From positions 1,612,001 to 1,676,000 of the forward strand of contig CM120645.1 of assembly GCA_051362555.1 (NCBI GenBank): DNA of 64,000 bases, in the 5' to 3' direction. Positions within the stretch are counted from its first letter, which is position 1. Each line of letters starts with the position of its first letter. Source of the DNA: Lingula anatina. Its lineage: Eukaryota > Animalia > Brachiopoda. Under the pieces are notes generated by a model, which was not told the origin of the DNA, made no database searches, and saw only the letters and a program-made list of their open reading frames with translations. This document shows, one piece after another, positions 12,003 through 24,185 of the stretch. The translations under genes and the position numbers were made by a program.

Positions 12003-13232
12003 GCCGGACAAGGGGAAAAAAGCGTATATACAGTGCAAGGGATATCTGCGTGATTTCATTCTCTTTCGTGGGCCAACAACCTTCAATGCACACCCATGGA
12101 ACAAACAGTTATACCAATCTTTTGTTATTATAAACTTTCAAAATGACAAACTATTTTTCCTGGTTTTAGAATTCATAATTGTTTTGTATTATTAGCTAGT
12201 AACTTTTCAATGTGTGTTTGATTGACAACAATCGTCCTCTTATGATTTTGAAGAATCATCCTTGTAATAAAATGAACTTTATATTCACAAATAAACTTTT
12301 TATACTGTACAATCTGGTTGTTTATTTAATATTAAATGTTAACAAATGTACAATACACATATATTCAAGTTGTAAACTATAATGAAATTATGCAACGTAT
12401 CATGAAAAATTAGTTGGCGAGGCCGAGGTTTTAAAGAAGCGTTGTATTGTCATTCATTCCAAAAAGTTCTAATCTAAAAATCTACGGAATTGACTCCATT
12501 TTGACTCAAAGGTCTAATTATATCCGAATATCCTGAAGCCTTGTAATGTCACTTTATAAGGTTTTCCTAAGCAAGCAAATAATATGTGGCGTGGTTTTAA
12601 TATCATATCTAAAAAAAGTGTTATTTGTCTTCGTGATTTCCATAGTGGTAGAAAAAATATCCATAAAATTAAAAAAGACGGCCAAATGTCACCAAGTTAA
12701 TACAAATCAACAGAAAAAAACTCTTTAAAAGTCAAGTTTATTTTCCACAGGATGTGTGATAGGCTCTCCTGAAGGGTCACAAATCTGTTCTGTGAGATAT
12801 TGTCTCATTCTTGAAGAAGCTGGTACAAATTAATATTGGTGGGGGGTGGGGGGGGGGGAGAGAGAGAGAGAGAGAGAAAGGAGTAGGTGCCTCTAAAGCC
12901 ACCCCCTGTTCTGCAATTAGAATGAGATATTTATTGAAATGTCCCATATAGAACTGCAGCGTGCAGAAACGTATCCACCAACATGGTATCTTTGTCAAAG
13001 AATCAAGATTTCTCATCGCTGATTAAAAAAAAAAAATTAATTTCATCGTTGGGGGGTGGGGGCATCCTCTGAATATCTACGATTCAGTCCACTTTTGTAG
13101 AGTTTTTTGCCGACATTGCTAATAAGTTCTATATGGAACAGAATATATTATTCCACGATCGTTTTTGTTAAAAATTCTATGTGCATGAGGCATATAGAGC
13201 CTAATTGGCGCTCCGCCTCCTTCACCTTAATT

Positions 13233-13700
13233 CTACACGTGGAGTGCGACGTTCCTCGCGCCAAATGCAACACCACATATAATTCCAATAAGAAGTATAG
13301 CACCAATAAAAGATAGAATAATAAACCTTTCACAGTACAAGCGAGTTCTCCTCGCGCGTGTAAGATCTCCTTGCTGAATTCCCTTTTTGTATTCTTCTTC
13401 TGTTTTCAATGCATAGATGAATGCAGGAATTCCAGTTGGAAAGAAAATTATAATTGAGATAGCCGACAATATTTTCAATCGTCCAGACTGTCTTTGTTTA
13501 ATGATTATATCTTCAGCGGGCTGAACGTCTCGTGTTTTGATAACGTTTTCATCTGATTGCGGTTGTTGAGAATCCGATTGCGTTGTTTTCTCCTCCAGGT
13601 GTATGTTTACCTGATCTACAGCCGTGTCCTTTATGTCCTTGTCGCGATCAGCGGACATTTCTGCTGTCGGTGGAGAAGATGACATCTCTTTCATCTCCAT
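13233..13700 (-). CDS. CD225/dispanin (IFITM/PRRT/SynDIG-like) membrane protein, 155 aa
   Basis: Acidic disordered N-terminus followed by ILSAISIIIFFPTGIPAFIYALKT...GDLTRARR...IILSFIGAILLIGII. This is the dispanin pattern of a hydrophobic segment with PxGxxAxxY, a GD..A loop and a C-terminal TM helix. Single coding exon, with acceptor tttattctag just upstream of the ATG. Confidence 0.82.
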   Translation of the reverse strand: MEMKEMSSSPPTAEMSADRDKDIKDTAVDQVNIHLEEKTTQSDSQQPQSDENVIKTRDVQPAEDIIIKQRQSGRLKILSAISIIIFFPTGIPAFIYALKTEEEYKKGIQQGDLTRARRTRLYCERFIILSFIGAILLIGIICGVAFGARNVALHV

Positions 13701-16700
13701 TGCTCTGTGTTTATAACTAGAATAAAAGAATCTTCACTGTTATTGTCGCCAATTGGGCTATTTAAACACATGACAATGAAGCCCCCCCCTACCCCCCCCC
13801 CCCAAAAAAAAAAAAAAAAAAAAAAAAATACACATATGGCAGAAGCACACATAATAGCAAGCTGGTAGACAAACAGATAAGGTAAGGTGACGGTGGGGTG
13901 GGGTATAAAGTTCCGATCTTTCAAAGGGTTCCTGCCCAATAGACAAATTAATAAACTTTGAAATAAGAATTATTGAAAAACGCCTCCCACCTAAGAATCG
14001 GTGTTCTTTATCGACCTACATGTGTACATAAAACAAAACACTCATGATATTGGAATGTTTGGGCCTTCACTCTACATTGTCCATGTAGCCTATTTACAAT
14101 AACAATATCCTATATTTTATCATATTTCATTTAATGGTGTGGTAAAAGTGAGGGATAATCGTACTACATGTGATACAGGCATTATAAAACAGTTTTTAGC
14201 GTGCTGCTAGGAAGTACGTTCTTCGGCGTGTGAAATTTAACCGTTGCACACCTGTATAGTTTGACCTAGTTTTCCCGCTCTCACCTGTCGTACGTATTAC
14301 AAATATGTTTTCAACCCGATAAGAGGGTGCGTTCTCCACGTCCCCAGAGCTCCCACAACCGGCTGATAAGAGGACAGCTAAGGACCTCAGATGAACGCCG
14401 CCCACCTTCTTCAGCTACATGTACTGGGCGATCTAAAGGGAACGAAGGCGTCTCCTATACTGTCCGTTTGTTACCGTTGGCGTAGGTCCCCAAGATACCT
14501 TTGAAAGAAATGTCCTTTCATGACCTCTGAAGTAGGAAATGTTGTGCACACTAACACGTAAAGGTGTACTCATCCTTCAAATATGTACAATGACAGAAAT
14601 GAGACAGCATAGCGGGTGACGGTCCGAGATGTTAAAACAAATTAATATTCATATGAACTGCACGTAGTATGTGTTTGTCTGATCTCTTTCTCTCTCTCCC
14701 TCTCCCTCTTTCGAACGCCCGCGCGTGCACAAGCACACACACGCACACACGCACACACACACACACACACAGAGAGGGAGAGGAAGAGAGATAGAGATGG
14801 AGGCATCGAGGAAAAACGATATTAGAAATATGGTAAAATATGCCAATTTATGCTACAGATGCGCACAGACGGATTGACCATATGTGTCAATTCAGTCCAT
14901 GGGATTTATCCACACGCAAAACTGATACTGATAATATGTCTCTATCTCTCTCTCTCTATATATATATGTATTATTAAACATATATAATGAGAAAGTGCCC
15001 GGACGCAGTGGAGGGCAGGAAAGGGTAAAATGAACACTAAGCAACATGTTTGATGGATAAACGCTTTGGTCATGCAGAATAAACGTTTAAAGTTCACATT
15101 GATGCGGATGAATGTCAATACTGTATGTACACTAAAACAAAAGTAAAACTAAAAAGACTAAAGTTTATTTCTTATATACATCACTATACTTGGCCTCACA
15201 GCAATTTATAATAGATGTACGTGTAGATGACAGTATCCATAACATATATTTTGGTCTTGTTTCAGACTAACTGTAGATCTCTAACTTCCCTGAGGAGGAT
15301 GAGGACGAATATTATAGAATATTATACATCCACGCGTACAGGAGTGCCAGTCATTGGTCAAGAAGCAAAAATGAAGTTTTCGTCTCTTAACAGTGAAAAG
15401 ATTAACCTTGCTCACGTGATAGTGTGCACCCCTTTTTAAAGCCCAAGAACGCCAGGTTTTATCATTTACGTTAATCGTAGCGTAACAAGGCGTAGCGTGA
15501 AGTCGCAGGGGGACTTAGGAACCGAGTATTTTAAACGGTAGGATAAAGATGTATTTTGAATTGTTTTAAGCTATTTTATTTTTCAATATTGTTCAGCTAT
15601 GCAAAGAATGCCGTAATTTGTTTTGCGAGACAACACCCGTTTGGAGGCATGTTATGTAAAGAAAAATCCTTGATGTTCTGATATCAATTAATTTGGCAGA
15701 CGCAGATTCACTGAATCCTCTCCGGCATGAGTGTTGATTTTTCTTTGAAGGGCTCCTCTTATGTTAACTGGAGTTTTCATTCACGCGTTGCAAACTATCT
15801 CAGATCCGTAACCTTACATGTACCATCGCGATAACCGGATTTTTAAAATACAAGACTGAGAGAGTCGGGGTCGGACGAATTCTCTTTTTGACCAGAAAAG
15901 CTCCAGAACAAGAACCATATTACGCTCCTCCCCACACCCCTTTCTTGTTTAACCAGTCCTGTTTAATTGTTCTTTTGGGTGTGATCTCGTCCCGCTGTAC
16001 ATGTATTGTACACCACCTGTCAGGTGTGGATATGGAGAATACTCTCCTAGTCATACGACCGGTCAAATATTATGCCACTTATATACGGATAGCTTTATGT
16101 TATAATGAGAGAGAGAGAGAGAGAGAGAAGCAATGCTGTGGCATACTGATGGTTAAATTGGGTGTGCTATTTATAGCCTTTAATCTACTGATACGAAAAG
16201 TTTTATCATCTGTCTTTTAGCATGCGTGTACTGATTTATTTACGAGAGTAAAAACAGGGTCGATCCGTTATCTTTTTACCTACTGTACATGTATCTCGCC
16301 TAACCCACTGGAAGACTGTAATTGTCCCTTTGGCTTGATTGGGCTATGAGTGAAAATTCGAATTAAGAAAAACGGGAAATATATCGGTAGGCCCTATGCT
16401 ATAGTTACAATATCTACCTGTAGGTAACTGTTTGCAATTTTTATTTTTTTCAGAAAAAAGTCTACAACTTTGTTATAATGACATAACTATGCACATTTCA
16501 GTCTTGCAAGGTTAAACACGGAAATTGAAATAGAAATTTTTCTTTCCATTTAATTTTTATTTTAATTTTATTATTTACTTATTATTATTTACTTATTATT
16601 ATTAGGCCTATTATTTATTTATTTGTTTGTTCATTTTATTTCTATTTTTAGCTCTGTTTATTCTTTTATGTAGCTGTTGTTTATTCATATATGCAGTTTT

Positions 16701-16889
16701 TAAAATCCAAGTCATGTATTTCAAGTTATCATTTTTTTTTTTTACTTTCTTACATTTTCAAAGCAAATTTATCTAGCGTGGTTATGTATGGGTGCGGTGA
16801 CCTTATTTAGGATCACATCGTATTTCACTCGGCTCACCGTCGATTGATTCCTGCGTCATCATCATCACTAGTTTCAAGGCGTTCGGAAG

Positions 16890-16995
16890 ATAGCCGGAAA
16901 TTGTCGAGGAGTTCCGAATGATCGTATTTGACCTAGTTTATGAAATATCCAATCAAAATCACTTCCGGTGTGTTGATCAACAGCAAAACTGAAAG
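16890..16995. promoter_or_regulatory. Putative ALDH5A1 promoter with ETS/GABP-like sites
   Basis: CpG-richer stretch with ACTTCCGG (16961-16968) and CCGGAAA (~16894), 80-160 bp upstream of the predicted ATG. Confidence 0.4.
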
Positions 16996-17049
16996 TGTGT
17001 GTTTCACATAGTAGTCAAGTTCTATGCGGTTTTCCCGAGAACTTTAGTC

Positions 17050-17507
17050 ATGTCAGTGAGTACCACTTTGTTCAGTAGACAGCACGTGTGTTTATAACAC
17101 AGAGGGATGGCCCCAACGATATCTGAAATAAGCAATTTTGCAGTTGTTGAAGGTTACAGACTGCCTTTCGTCTTGAATGTGTCAATGTCATCACGTTTAC
17201 CGGTGCACGGGCGAGGAAGACAACCATCGTTAACGTTGTTACATGTAACTTAAATAGTCGGCACCAAGTCCTGCACATCGTCTGGTTAGTCAGGGTACGG
17301 TCATTCCGAGCTGGCGTCTTGTGATATTTTAAAACTCAGGACGTGCACATTAGACCTAGTGTACTACAAGGGCTAAATGACGGTTGAGCTAATAATTACT
17401 TACTGTTAAAAGATTCTCCACATTCATTTCGATCTGACATAGTTCCCAGCATCCTGTCTCAGTACTACGGTAGAGTTGGGTGGGGGTGGATGCTGAGGGT
17501 GAAAACA

Positions 17508-17560
<53 letters not shown>

Positions 17561-20500
17561 AAAGGAAAGAAAAGAAAAAAAACTGACATTATCACATTAT
17601 AAATAGTAATTTTAAAATAGATTATAATAATACACTCTAAATTATAATTAATTGTGGCAGTCATTTTGTCTCAAAGGCATTTTGTTAATGTTGAATTTAA
17701 CTGAACTTAATCTTGTTAAATAAAAGATGTATTGGTGGTCAACATTCCTTATCTAGTTTAATGTTGCAGGTTATCAAGCTGCTGGGCAGTAGGTCCCTCC
17801 TGTCCAGATTACAGGTGTCCAGAATGGCATACTCTGTCAGGACGGCCAGTCAATTCCTCCACGAGAAGGCCTACGTTAACGGGAAGTGGGTGGACGCCAA
17901 AAGTGGGAAAACGTTTCAAGGTGATTTGTCCCTAAGACATGAGTGTAATGAAAACTAAGGTGTTGTCGGTGTAGTGATAGTCCTTAATTCAGGTCCAACT
18001 GATGGACTCTGATGAAGTAAGAGACAACAACCTGCCCTCGTTTCATCGAAGGTTTATTTTCGAAATGGCAGGTTTGTTAGCATGTATATACAGGTATTTA
18101 TAATCAGTTGTGCCAGAGGTGTACTGTATTCATGCCACATATGCATTTTATAAAATAAGTTAACAATGTTACAATCTGCTTTACAATATGAGAGAAACTT
18201 TGATTTAGCATGAAATTTGATTGTTGGATGTTCACTGAATGTATGTTGAAATTTGGGCATTGAAATTCAGTGTTGAAATTGGATGTTGAATGTTGACATT
18301 AGATGTTGAATGTTGAATTTGGGTGTTGACATGTGATATTTTCCAGTGTTGAACCCTGCTAATGGGGGTCTGATGGGAAGTTGTCCTGACATGAATGCAG
18401 AAGATACGCAGATTGCCATCCAGAAGGCACACACAGCTTTTCAGTCATGGAAGAAGTCCTCAGTCAAGGTAAAGGTGGAGCCATTTTGTGGCATTTTCTC
18501 TTCATGTCAGCACTTCTATTTTCCTCACTTTTTTCTACATATCCTCTCTTCTGCCTTTCCACTTTTTCTGCATATACCATGTCACAGAAAAAAACTGGGA
18601 AATCAATTAACTGGAAGTAAAAGAACCAGGAGTGAAAAGATTTTTCACCAGGGGGTAGAGGGAATAATGATGAAAGAGCCTTGAACCCTATTAGCAGGGT
18701 TATTAGCTCGCTTAATAATTGTTTGTAATTACCGATGAATAAATTTAATGGCAAGTGAAACAATAACTGCAACTGTAAATGAAATTCTTCCTAAAATTTG
18801 AGCTGAAACTGGATCAGTTGTGCACATTAGTATATTTAATGTGTATAATGTTTTAAGTATTAAAGAGTCAGGAATTTTGTCTTCAGATTAAAAGATGTCT
18901 TTCAGGAACGCAGTGCTGTACTAAGAAAATGGTTCAATCTTATGATGGAGAACCAGCAAGAGCTGGGAAAACTCATCACAGAGGAAATGGTAATATTGCT
19001 TCCCATGATATTAAGTCTGGGTTTATAACGCGATAATAATGATTATGTGTAATTTGATTGCTTCCCATGATATAAATTACAGGTATTGAATAAAGAAAAC
19101 AACAGTGATAGTCGAAATGGATTAGTACTGTTTTTAGTACAAACGGACATTTTTTCAAGCTAAAAATAAGCAGAAATAAAAAATGGAAGTTCATTTTATG
19201 TCATATCTTGTTGTAGGGCAAGCCTCTGAAGGAAGCTATGGGGGAGATAGGCTATGCAGCCGGGTTCTTTGAGTGGTTTGCAGAAGAAGCAAGACGCACA
19301 TATGGTGACATAATTCCATCTCCAGTGGACAGCAAACGCCTTTTGGCCATCAAACAACCAGTGGGCGTGTGTGGGTTGATTACACCAGTAAGTTCATTGG
19401 TGATTTGGTATTCAAAGATTTGGTACTTAGTATACAAGCATGTAGCATAGTGTACACAGACATTTGCCTGATATCTCAGTTGTGGTAAAAAAAATCATAT
19501 ATATTTTTGACAATTTATTTAATATTTATTTTGAAGTAAGATGGTGTTAGTTTGCCAATAGCAGATACTTTTTAAAATTTTTTGACGTCTATACTTCTTT
19601 ATGACATATTGATGGCATTAATTATGCAGAATATTCTGTCGAACATTCTTGAAATTTTGAAAAGAATAAGGTAAGGGGTGTTGTGGAAGAAAAATAATAA
19701 GTGGTCATTAACTCTGGATCATAGGAATTAAATTACTAGTAAATTATCCTTGTATCATGTGTGTACTGTAAGATAGAATTGTAATGAAAAACACACAAAC
19801 ACTAGTTTCTGTTGAGAATTCTTTGTTTTGGGATGTGACTAAATGTCTTTTCAATTTTCTTTTTCAGTGGAATTTCCCGTCAGCTATGATAACACGTAAA
19901 GCTGGAGCCGCCATTGCTGCAGGGTGTACTGTTGTTATTAAACCAGCAGAAGATACGCCGTTTTCTGCACTCGTTTTGTGTGATGTATGTATGTACTGAA
20001 GCAGGAGGGGAGGGTTGTTGTTACATGTAATAAGTTTGTAAAAGACATGACAGAAGCTGCCCATTTTGTTTTATGTTCCGGTAGGTTACAGTCAGATTCA
20101 GAAGATTTGTTATCAAGCCTTCAAAATACACTAAAACAGTCTGCCCTTTCTATATTATATGTTAGTAAGAACATTGGTTGCCATGTATATATTCCGCTCT
20201 TATTCTAACCTGGGTTAATCCGGTTATTTAAGAATGAACCTGTATGGAAGAATTATTAAAAATTTAATTACTGGATTTAAGTTTGTACAAGGTGTGCGGG
20301 AATAATTATCTATCAAACAGGCATCTTTCAAGAAGGAATTATGTCAACTATGTTAAGACATGAGTAGTTTATGAAGTTTACTTTTTTCAGTTGGCAGAGA
20401 AGGCAGGCTTGCCACCAGGTGTCATAAATGTTGTCACATGTTCAAGACAGAACACAGTGGAAGTTGGGAAGGTGCTATGTGAGAGCCCTCTGGTGGCAAA

Positions 20501-22973
20501 AATATCATTTACAGGTTCTACTAACACTGGGAAGGTAGCTTAACATATTTATGCATTTTTTATTGAAATAAATGAAATATGTAAATCCTGATAGAAAGAT
20601 AGCAATAAGTAAATGATGTTAATTTTTTTTATAAAAAAAGGAAAATGATTACTTACCAAAATATTTATTGTTTCCATTTTTCCCTTGTACCAACAGGTAC
20701 ACTTGTATGAGATAAAGCATATCTTATGAACGTTAACTTCAGTTGTCTCGCGTCCTATCAGTCAGTAGTTCTTTTATCACAGTCAATACATAGGGGCCTT
20801 AAAGAAAAGGAACATGGGAAATGGGTGAATTTTGATGTTGAGGTGACCCTGATTATGGAAAAGGCCTTGCATCCACATAACTAAAGTTGGCCCATATTTT
20901 GGTTCCAGATTCTCTTGCAGCAGTGTGCCAACACAGTAAAGCGAGTGTCTATGGAGCTGGGTGGCAATGCTCCCTTTGTGGTCTTTGACAGTGCAGATGT
21001 GGATGCAGCAGTGATGGGAGCAATGGCCTGCAAGTTCAGAGTTAGTGGCCAGGTGAGAGTGTTCACCAGGGGTATTGTGTTAGGTGTGACATTGTGTTAG
21101 GTGTGACAGTGTTTATTAATATGTGTGGATGTGATAGTGTGTCAGGTATAGGTGAGACAATCACCAGGGACAGTTTGTTAGGTGTGACAGTGTGTTAGGT
21201 GTGACAGTGTGTTAGAAGTGGAAGTATATAATTTCAGGCTGTGTTAGGTATTGGTCATTGTGATTAAATTAGCTGAGGCACTTACCTTACCAAAATTTTT
21301 TCCAGATTTAACTGGTTAATAGTCTACTTGAATGCAGTATTGCATTGGTTTTAAAACTGAAATGATTCATGTTTGTAGTAAAAATTGACAACTGAAAATT
21401 TATCCTGAGGAGAAGCAGATGAAAAGTATGTTTAAAAGCTTTAAAAGACCACTGCAAATTGACCCCTGAGTTATAAGTGACAGTTTGATGATTTATCAGG
21501 CAATAATTGTTTACCCTCTCTTTACAGACGTGTGTGTGTGCCAACAGGTTCTTGGTGCAGGAGGGAATCTACGACCAGTTTGTACAGAAGCTGGGGGAGC
21601 AGATGCTGAAACAGCTGAAAGTGGGGGATGGGTTCTCTGAGGACGTCACACAAGGCCCACTGATTAATAGTAAAGGTGTGGACAAGGTTGGTTGTCTTTT
21701 CTTTTCTTTTCTTTTCTCTTGACTCTTTCAGATACTTTGACTGTTCATGCTTACTTTTCACTATTTCTTTGGACAGGGGCATAACCAGACCTTTTAAAAT
21801 TGTACGCACAGATTTTGAAAATTCCCAGGTACGATTATATTCCGTGAAAAATACACTGAATTTGTGGAGAATAATATCATGGTTGGCTCAAAAAATTGTA
21901 CGCACAGTGCATCCGTGCGTATGCCTGGTTACGCCCCTGTTGGATCTTAAAAATGAACATTTTCGGCCAATAGCTGTTGTATTTCTGTGTTGTTAGGTGG
22001 ATGAGCTGACCCAGGATGCTGTGTCAAGAGGAGCCCAGTTGAAGATGGGCGGGAAGCGACACTCAGCTGGCGAGAACTACTACGAGCCCACGCTCCTCAC
22101 TGATGTCACGTCAGAAATGAGGTGCTTTAAAGAGGAAATCTTTGGTCCAGTGTCAGCCGTGATTAAGTAAGTGTGATTTCTAATAAAAGGTCTTTTTTGC
22201 ATTTAATGGTACAATTTGACTTATCCCAACACAGCTTTTTTTTTTTACTTTATTACTTTTTTAATAAGATCATAATAATACTTTCTGTTAGAACTGTGAA
22301 CGTGGCTTCATGTTTGTTATGTTTTCCAGATTTAGAACTGAAGAGGAAGCCATAGCACTAGAAAATGCAAGCTCCGTTGGTTTGGCAGGTAACTTCGCAA
22401 TATTCTTTACCTTGAATTCTTCAGTGAGACTTAGAAGTATGCTACTAAGACTTGTAGGTGTACATTTTATACCCCAGAAGAAAAAGGTTTGAATTAAAAT
22501 GAAATGTTTATGGCATGTCATACTATCTAAATTACATTTTTATTGAAATATGTGATATTGTTTGGTAAAATCCTGTGACAGCTTTTTTTTTTCATTTTTC
22601 ACAAAAATGAATTTTTTGTCCCTTGATGTTTTATTGTCCATCACACACCTTTATCAGACAACTTTCAGTTTGACACAAATTGAACTATTGCCATTTCATC
22701 CAGACTTCAGAATTAACCAATATTTATGCCACGTCTTGTTAAAAGGCTTATTCTGTTTTTTCAGGTTACTTTTTCTCCAGAGATTTGTCTCAAATTTGGC
22801 GCGTGGCTGAGAATATGGAGGTTGGCATGGTTGCCGTTAATGATGGCATCCTGTCTACAGTGGAGGCCCCTTTTGGTGGCGTCAAGGAGTCCGGGATTGG
22901 GAGAGAAGGCTCCAAATATGGGATTGATGAATACATGAATATTAAGTACATTTGTATGGGTGGGATTCAATAG
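17050..22973 (+). CDS. ALDH5A1: Succinate-semialdehyde dehydrogenase, mitochondrial (about 511 aa)
   Basis: 12 in-phase GT-AG coding exons: 17050-17055, 17770-17920, 18347-18468, 18906-18989, 19217-19387, 19868-19984, 20391-20534, 20909-21052, 21528-21686, 21997-22166, 22330-22388, 22765-22973. Motifs: [32 protein letters not shown] (catalytic Cys), [24 protein letters not shown]. The N-terminus is R/S/L-rich like a mitochondrial presequence. The first 6-nt exon is less certain. Confidence 0.95.
18225..18335. repeat. Degenerate 7-bp (atgttga) tandem repeat upstream of the ALDH5A1 exon 3 acceptor
   Basis: Repeated tgttga(a/c) units. Confidence 0.7.
21075..21250. repeat. Degenerate 16-17-bp minisatellite (gtgttaggtgtgaca)
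   Basis: Several copies in ALDH5A1 intron 8. Confidence 0.8.
21774..21939. mobile_element. MITE with 15-bp TIRs in ALDH5A1 intron 9
   Basis: Termini caggggcataaccag and ctggttacgcccctg. Flanked on both sides by ttgga, a possible 5-bp TSD. Confidence 0.75.
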
Positions 22974-24019
22974 AACTGAACTGGATAGCACACCCTAGCA
23001 TTCACAGCTGGGCTGTCACAGCTAACACAATGGGGAAAAATTTCTGTTGTGGTTTGTGCAATAGCAGATTGAAAGAGTAAGATGTTGAACTGGATATAAA
23101 AAGCTATGAAAGAATAACATATTGAACTAGATATAAATGTTAACCTTTACAGAGGGGAAAAGAACTTACTGTACAAATGGTTTTTACTTTAAAATGGGGA
23201 ATGAGAGACTTTGCTGACCTTTGCCTCATGCTTGTTTGTGTGGAATTATAGTATAATCAGTCTGAATAGAAACCTATTCAATGTGACCCAACATTTGTCA
23301 CTTATTGCTGTCAGTTATGCAATTACTCAATCATGATAACATTTTAGGGGTGAGGAATTAACTTTAATTTTACTAAAATCAGTTAATATTTCACTTTCCC
23401 CAAGGAGCTTTGTCATTATGCATATCACGTTAATGCAACTTAAAAAGACCTTTCAATATTTTTATAAAGTCTCGCAGAGTTTCATTTACACTGCTCCTTG
23501 AGTGCCAAAATAAAATTGTTACCATAGTGAGATCAGCTTTTAAATCTTTTGTCTTTACCTTCAATCTCGTTCTTTTTGAGTGTTGTGGTAATGTGCCAAT
23601 AATAGAGAGAGGTTCAGAACAGATATTTTGGAACATTCCCCAACACGGATGCCCTTGTTAATCACAAAACCTATAATTATATAACTTAAAGACTATAATG
23701 CTGAAAAAAGCCCTCAGTATATAACTTTATTGAATTCATGATGCCTGTATTACTATTTTAATACATACCTTACAGAATACTATACACAGACCTACTAATC
23801 CTCAACATATAAGCCTATTCTATAGTTAAACATATAATTCAAAGCAATAACTGAGCAAAAAGAATTCAAGGTAAAATATGTGAAAATGATGTGCAAGAAG
23901 CCAGCTTGCCTACAAGATATATTCATAATGAATGTAGACGGCCACTAGAAGTCCTATGGTGTACCCCATAGAAGGGCCAGTCAACATCTCAGAAACTCAA
24001 CATGAAGTACGACCCCCTT

Positions 24020-24185
24020 CCGGATTGGAGACTTGCTAGTCCAACGGTCAAATATGGCTGACCCACTTGAAGACTTCCCCACGGAATATCTATTCAGTGT
24101 CTATTAGCGGATTAGACGGCAAGCTTTGTAGTGGGTTGCCATATTTGACCCTTAGACTAGTTAGTCCCCTATTCTGAATGGCACC
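24020..24185. mobile_element. Palindromic MITE family 1 copy
   Basis: Internal inverted repeats (gtcaaatatggc..cccact / agtggg..gccatatttgac) and a right end ttagtcc..tattctgaatg. Homologous to copies at 37238, 49905, 50181 and 53470. Confidence 0.8.
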
